Below, in pieces: positions 61,222 through 64,000 of a DNA stretch of 64,000 bases (position 1 is the first letter of the stretch; every line of letters begins with the position of its first letter). The position numbers and the translations under genes are program-made. Location: contig CAZFUY010000002.1 in assembly GCA_964522445.1 (NCBI GenBank), positions 299 to 64,298 on the forward strand, read 5' to 3'. This stretch comes from an uncultured Thiotrichaceae bacterium. Lineage in GTDB: Bacteria > Pseudomonadota > Gammaproteobacteria > SZUA-229. A model generated the notes under the pieces. That model had not been told where the DNA came from. It ran no database searches and was given only the letters and a program-made list of their open reading frames with translations.

Positions 61222-62348
61222 CTTGTGAACTCCTCTCTGCGCAACCGAGTACTTTTAACCACGCCTTCACATAACAGCACCGACTTGGCAAGAACCTCAT
61301 CATTAAAATCCAGCACCAGCTCACCCTCTTTAATAAAAGGTGATATCAGATTAAATAAATTTTTGGCATACATTTCACTGGCATGCACGGGTGTTTGACT
61401 GGCAACATTTAATGGCCCATGAATAATAACTCGACTCTCAAAATCCACTGTATGACCGGGATCGGTTAATTCACAGTTACCGCCACCCTCAGACGCAAGA
61501 TCCACAATGACCGCTCCTATTTTCATATTGGCAACCATTTCCTTGCTAATAATTTTAGGCGAGGGCTTGCCGGGAATAGCGGCTGTCGTAATAACCACAT
61601 CTGATTGCGACACGTGTTTGGCCAGCACATCTTGCTGTTGCTGTTTTTCTTCATCATTTAATTCACGCGCATAACCACCTTCAGCATTGGCAGATACACC
61701 TGTATCAATAAATTTTGCCCCCAGAGATTCACATTGTTCACGAGTCTCAGACCGAACATCATAGGCTTCAACCACAGCACCCAGACGTTTGGCAGTAGCT
61801 ATCGCCTGTAGACCGGCCACGCCTGCACCAATAACCAGCACTTTTGCTGGACGAATAGTGCCCGCAGCGGTGGTTAACATGGGGAAGAAAACACTGGCCA
61901 GATCAGCGCCCATCAATACACCTTTATAACCGGTGATGGCCGCCTGTGATGACAGAGCATCCATAGATTGAGCACGAGAAATACGCGGCACCAGCTCCAT
62001 AGCAATACTGATTAATCCTTTGTGGCACATTTTTTCTGTAATTTCCTTATTTTTGTGCGGCTGCATAAAACCAATAACCGTTGCACCCTCATCGATCATA
62101 TCCAGCTCTTCCAGCGTGGGCGGCATAACTTTGAAAATAAGATTTGAGCCTTTATATAACTCTGCAGGCGTATCAATAATTTTTACACCCTCAAAAAGCT
62201 CATCAGGAAAATGTGCCGACAGAGCCGCACCTCGTTCCATTCGCACCTCAACACCCATAGCAATCAGGCGTTTGGCAACGCCGGGTTCCATCGCTATACG
62301 ACGTTCACCCGGAACAATTTCATTTGGCACAGCCAGACGTATTGGCAT
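61218..62348 (-). CDS. pntAA: NAD(P) transhydrogenase subunit alpha, part 1 (dI, alanine-dehydrogenase-like)
   Basis: VPNEIVPGERR, VLVIGAGVAGLQA. Confidence 0.9.
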   Translation of the reverse strand: MPIRLAVPNEIVPGERRIAMEPGVAKRLIAMGVEVRMERGAALSAHFPDELFEGVKIIDTPAELYKGSNLIFKVMPPTLEELDMIDEGATVIGFMQPHKNKEITEKMCHKGLISIAMELVPRISRAQSMDALSSQAAITGYKGVLMGADLASVFFPMLTTAAGTIRPAKVLVIGAGVAGLQAIATAKRLGAVVEAYDVRSETREQCESLGAKFIDTGVSANAEGGYARELNDEEKQQQQDVLAKHVSQSDVVITTAAIPGKPSPKIISKEMVANMKIGAVIVDLASEGGGNCELTDPGHTVDFESRVIIHGPLNVASQTPVHASEMYAKNLFNLISPFIKEGELVLDFNDEVLAKSVLLCEGVVKSTRLRREEFTR

Positions 62349-62521
62349 TTTTTACTCCTGCGGATTTATAGTTAAATCCCGGTTAACTTACGTTTTATTT
62401 TATAACTCTGCATTAGCTTAGAAAACCTAGCTATAGTTGGGTATATACATACTGTACGTGCTCATCTGGAACGTGTACATTACTCAGCTGATAGTTTACG
62501 CCAATATCACTTTTCTAAATT

Positions 62522-62679
62522 GAGACCTTTGCACGATAGAGGCGCGAAAGAAAAATGCACTAAAATTTTACTGATTGAGACAGGAAACTTGCTAATAGCT
62601 AGGCTATTAGCAAGTTTTCTAACGAAAAGCAGTGAAATTTTAATCATTTTTACTCGTGAATATATCGCGCAAAGGTCTC
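62522..62679. mobile_element. MITE-like element, copy C
   Basis: TIR GAGACCTTTGCACGATA / TATCGCGCAAAGGTCTC with 1 mismatch. It is flanked by AAATT (62517-62521 and 62680-62684). There is a central perfect palindrome CTTGCTAATAGC-TA-GCTATTAGCAAG. Confidence 0.8.
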
Positions 62680-62721
62680 AAATTATATTTATACACGAGA
62701 ATTTCAACAAATTTGCTTCTT

Positions 62722-63843
62722 ATGAAAGACAAAAAGAATAAATACCACACAGATTATCTACACGGCCCTCAGGAACGCATTGGGATTTTACTCGTCAATC
62801 TGGGTTCACCTGAAGCGCCAACTACCCGAGCGCTGAAAAAATATCTGGCTGAATTTCTCTGGGATCCCAGAGTTGTAGAAACATCACGACCTGTCTGGTG
62901 GCTAATTTTGCATGGTTTTATTTTACGTAAGCGCCCTGCTATTTCTGCAAAATTATATAAACGTATCTGGACAGATCAGGGATCACCATTAATTGCCACG
63001 TCAATGAAACAGGCTCAGCTCATTGAAAAACAGTTACAAAAACAGATTCGTGGCAATGTTTTAGTTGATGTTGCTATGCGATATGGCAAACCATCTATTG
63101 CCAGCGGATTACGCAGCCTTAGAAAATCGGGCGCTCACCGCCTGTTAATACTGCCGATGTATCCTCAATATTCTGCTACCACAACCGCTTCTGTTTTTGA
63201 TGCCATTACTAAAGAATTACGCCACTGGCGCTGGCTGCCCGATATGCGTTTTATTAATAGCTATCACGACCACCCTGACTACATTGATGCACTGGCAAAA
63301 AGCATTTTGAATCACTGGAACAATAGCAATAGAAAACCAGATATGCTGCTATTTTCATTTCATGGTATTCCTAAAAGTTATTTTGAGAATGGCGACCCCT
63401 ATTATTGCCATTGCCAGAAAACAGCACGACTGGTTGCTAAAAAACTTTTACTAAAAGACACTCAATGGAAAATCGTTTTTCAGTCACGCATGGGCAAAGA
63501 AGAATGGTTACAACCCTATTGCGACACCACCTTAAAACAACTGGCTTATGATGGCGTAAAAAAAGTTGACGTTATCTGCCCCGGTTTTGCTACTGACTGT
63601 CTGGAAACACTGGAAGAAATTAATATGGAAAACCGGCAGATTTTTCTTGACCGTGGCGGTGCCGATTTCCAGTATATTCCTGCACTTAATGCAGAACAGA
63701 TTCATATTGATTTATTATGTAATTTAATTGTCCAGCACAGCTTTGGCTGGCCCGAAACCATGCCTAAATGGGATTCAGGACAACGTGCTGTTGAAGCCAA
63801 TAAAACGCGGGAGCGTGCCAAGAAAAAAGGCGCACCAAACTAA
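62722..63843 (+). CDS. hemH: Ferrochelatase
   Basis: IGILLVNLGSP, PMYPQYS, SFHGIP, CPGF. I chose the start MKDKKNKYH at 62722 because the track's extension begins inside MITE copy C. Confidence 0.9.
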   Translation: MKDKKNKYHTDYLHGPQERIGILLVNLGSPEAPTTRALKKYLAEFLWDPRVVETSRPVWWLILHGFILRKRPAISAKLYKRIWTDQGSPLIATSMKQAQLIEKQLQKQIRGNVLVDVAMRYGKPSIASGLRSLRKSGAHRLLILPMYPQYSATTTASVFDAITKELRHWRWLPDMRFINSYHDHPDYIDALAKSILNHWNNSNRKPDMLLFSFHGIPKSYFENGDPYYCHCQKTARLVAKKLLLKDTQWKIVFQSRMGKEEWLQPYCDTTLKQLAYDGVKKVDVICPGFATDCLETLEEINMENRQIFLDRGGADFQYIPALNAEQIHIDLLCNLIVQHSFGWPETMPKWDSGQRAVEANKTRERAKKKGAPN

Positions 63844-63861
63844 TAAACAAAAGCAACGCTA

Positions 63862-64000
63862 ATGCACACAAAAGCCTCTCAGAAAAAACCTTTTATTGCC
63901 ATTAGCAGTTGTATATTAGGCCATCATGTTCGCTATGATGGTGAAATAAAATTTTTTCCTGCTATTTATCAGCATCTTGAAAATTATTTTGAATTTATTC
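63862..64000 (+). CDS. DUF523-like protein, N-terminal 46 codons (runs off window)
   Basis: My translation is MHTKASQKKPFIAISSCILGHHVRYDGEIKFFPAIYQHLENYFEFI. The ISxCLLG..VRYDG pattern is DUF523-like. Confidence 0.5.
   Translation, partial: MHTKASQKKPFIAISSCILGHHVRYDGEIKFFPAIYQHLENYFEFI

Noticed and set aside
62520-62741. 73-aa ORF, and the 22-codon N-terminal extension of hemH (from 62656)
   Set aside because: Both run through MITE copy C. hemH has a good internal start at 62722 that matches the usual ferrochelatase N-terminus.

Overview
Visibly AT-rich gammaproteobacterial chromosome segment, densely coding on both strands. I saw no rRNA, tRNA or CRISPR array. Positions 1 to about 4.1 kb are the right-hand end of an integrated island. 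It holds two paralogous XRE regulators, a 128-codon 5' fragment of a type I R-M hsdM, an iteron/GATC-rich control region, and a DUF4224 gene plus a lambda-type tyrosine integrase. A truncated ORF runs off the left edge. The remaining ~60 kb is core housekeeping: ttcA, NIT-type MCP, cytochrome b561, lpxL-methyltransferase-trkH, trkA, rsmB-fmt-def, TsaP-like-dprA-smg-topA-tsaC, a REC-REC-PAS-GGDEF-EAL protein, hemB-aroE, gor, ubiA, comF/bioBF, hemN, fetAB, radC, coaBC-dut-algC-argB, pyrE/xthA, ampG, hemW, rpmE, malic enzyme, mdh, a 5'-3' exonuclease, rluE, split pntAA/pntAB/pntB and hemH. I found no clear-cut novel multi-gene system. The most unusual items are listed here. (1) A monocistronic secreted EGKCG-repeat peptide resembles HvfA-type RiPP metallophore precursors but has no DUF692/DUF2063 partner in the window. 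(2) At least five families of small palindromic/MITE-like intergenic elements are present. One 158-160 bp family has 15-bp terminal inverted repeats and copy-specific 5-6 bp flanking duplications, and mdh is bracketed by inverted 68-bp REP doublets. (3) The rpmE intrinsic terminator is embedded in the signal-peptide codons of a secreted nuclease. (4) Two tandem small paralogues share a W[YF]FExRGGGQxGPF core, and the first is translationally coupled to a YbaK-like gene. (5) A tetraheme cytochrome c with one CX3CH site is inserted in the conserved def-fmt-rsmB-trkA block. (6) A membrane-anchored Rieske-like protein lacks the cluster ligands. All family names come from recognising the translated sequences, with no database search. 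All coordinates of repeats and hairpins were counted by hand.
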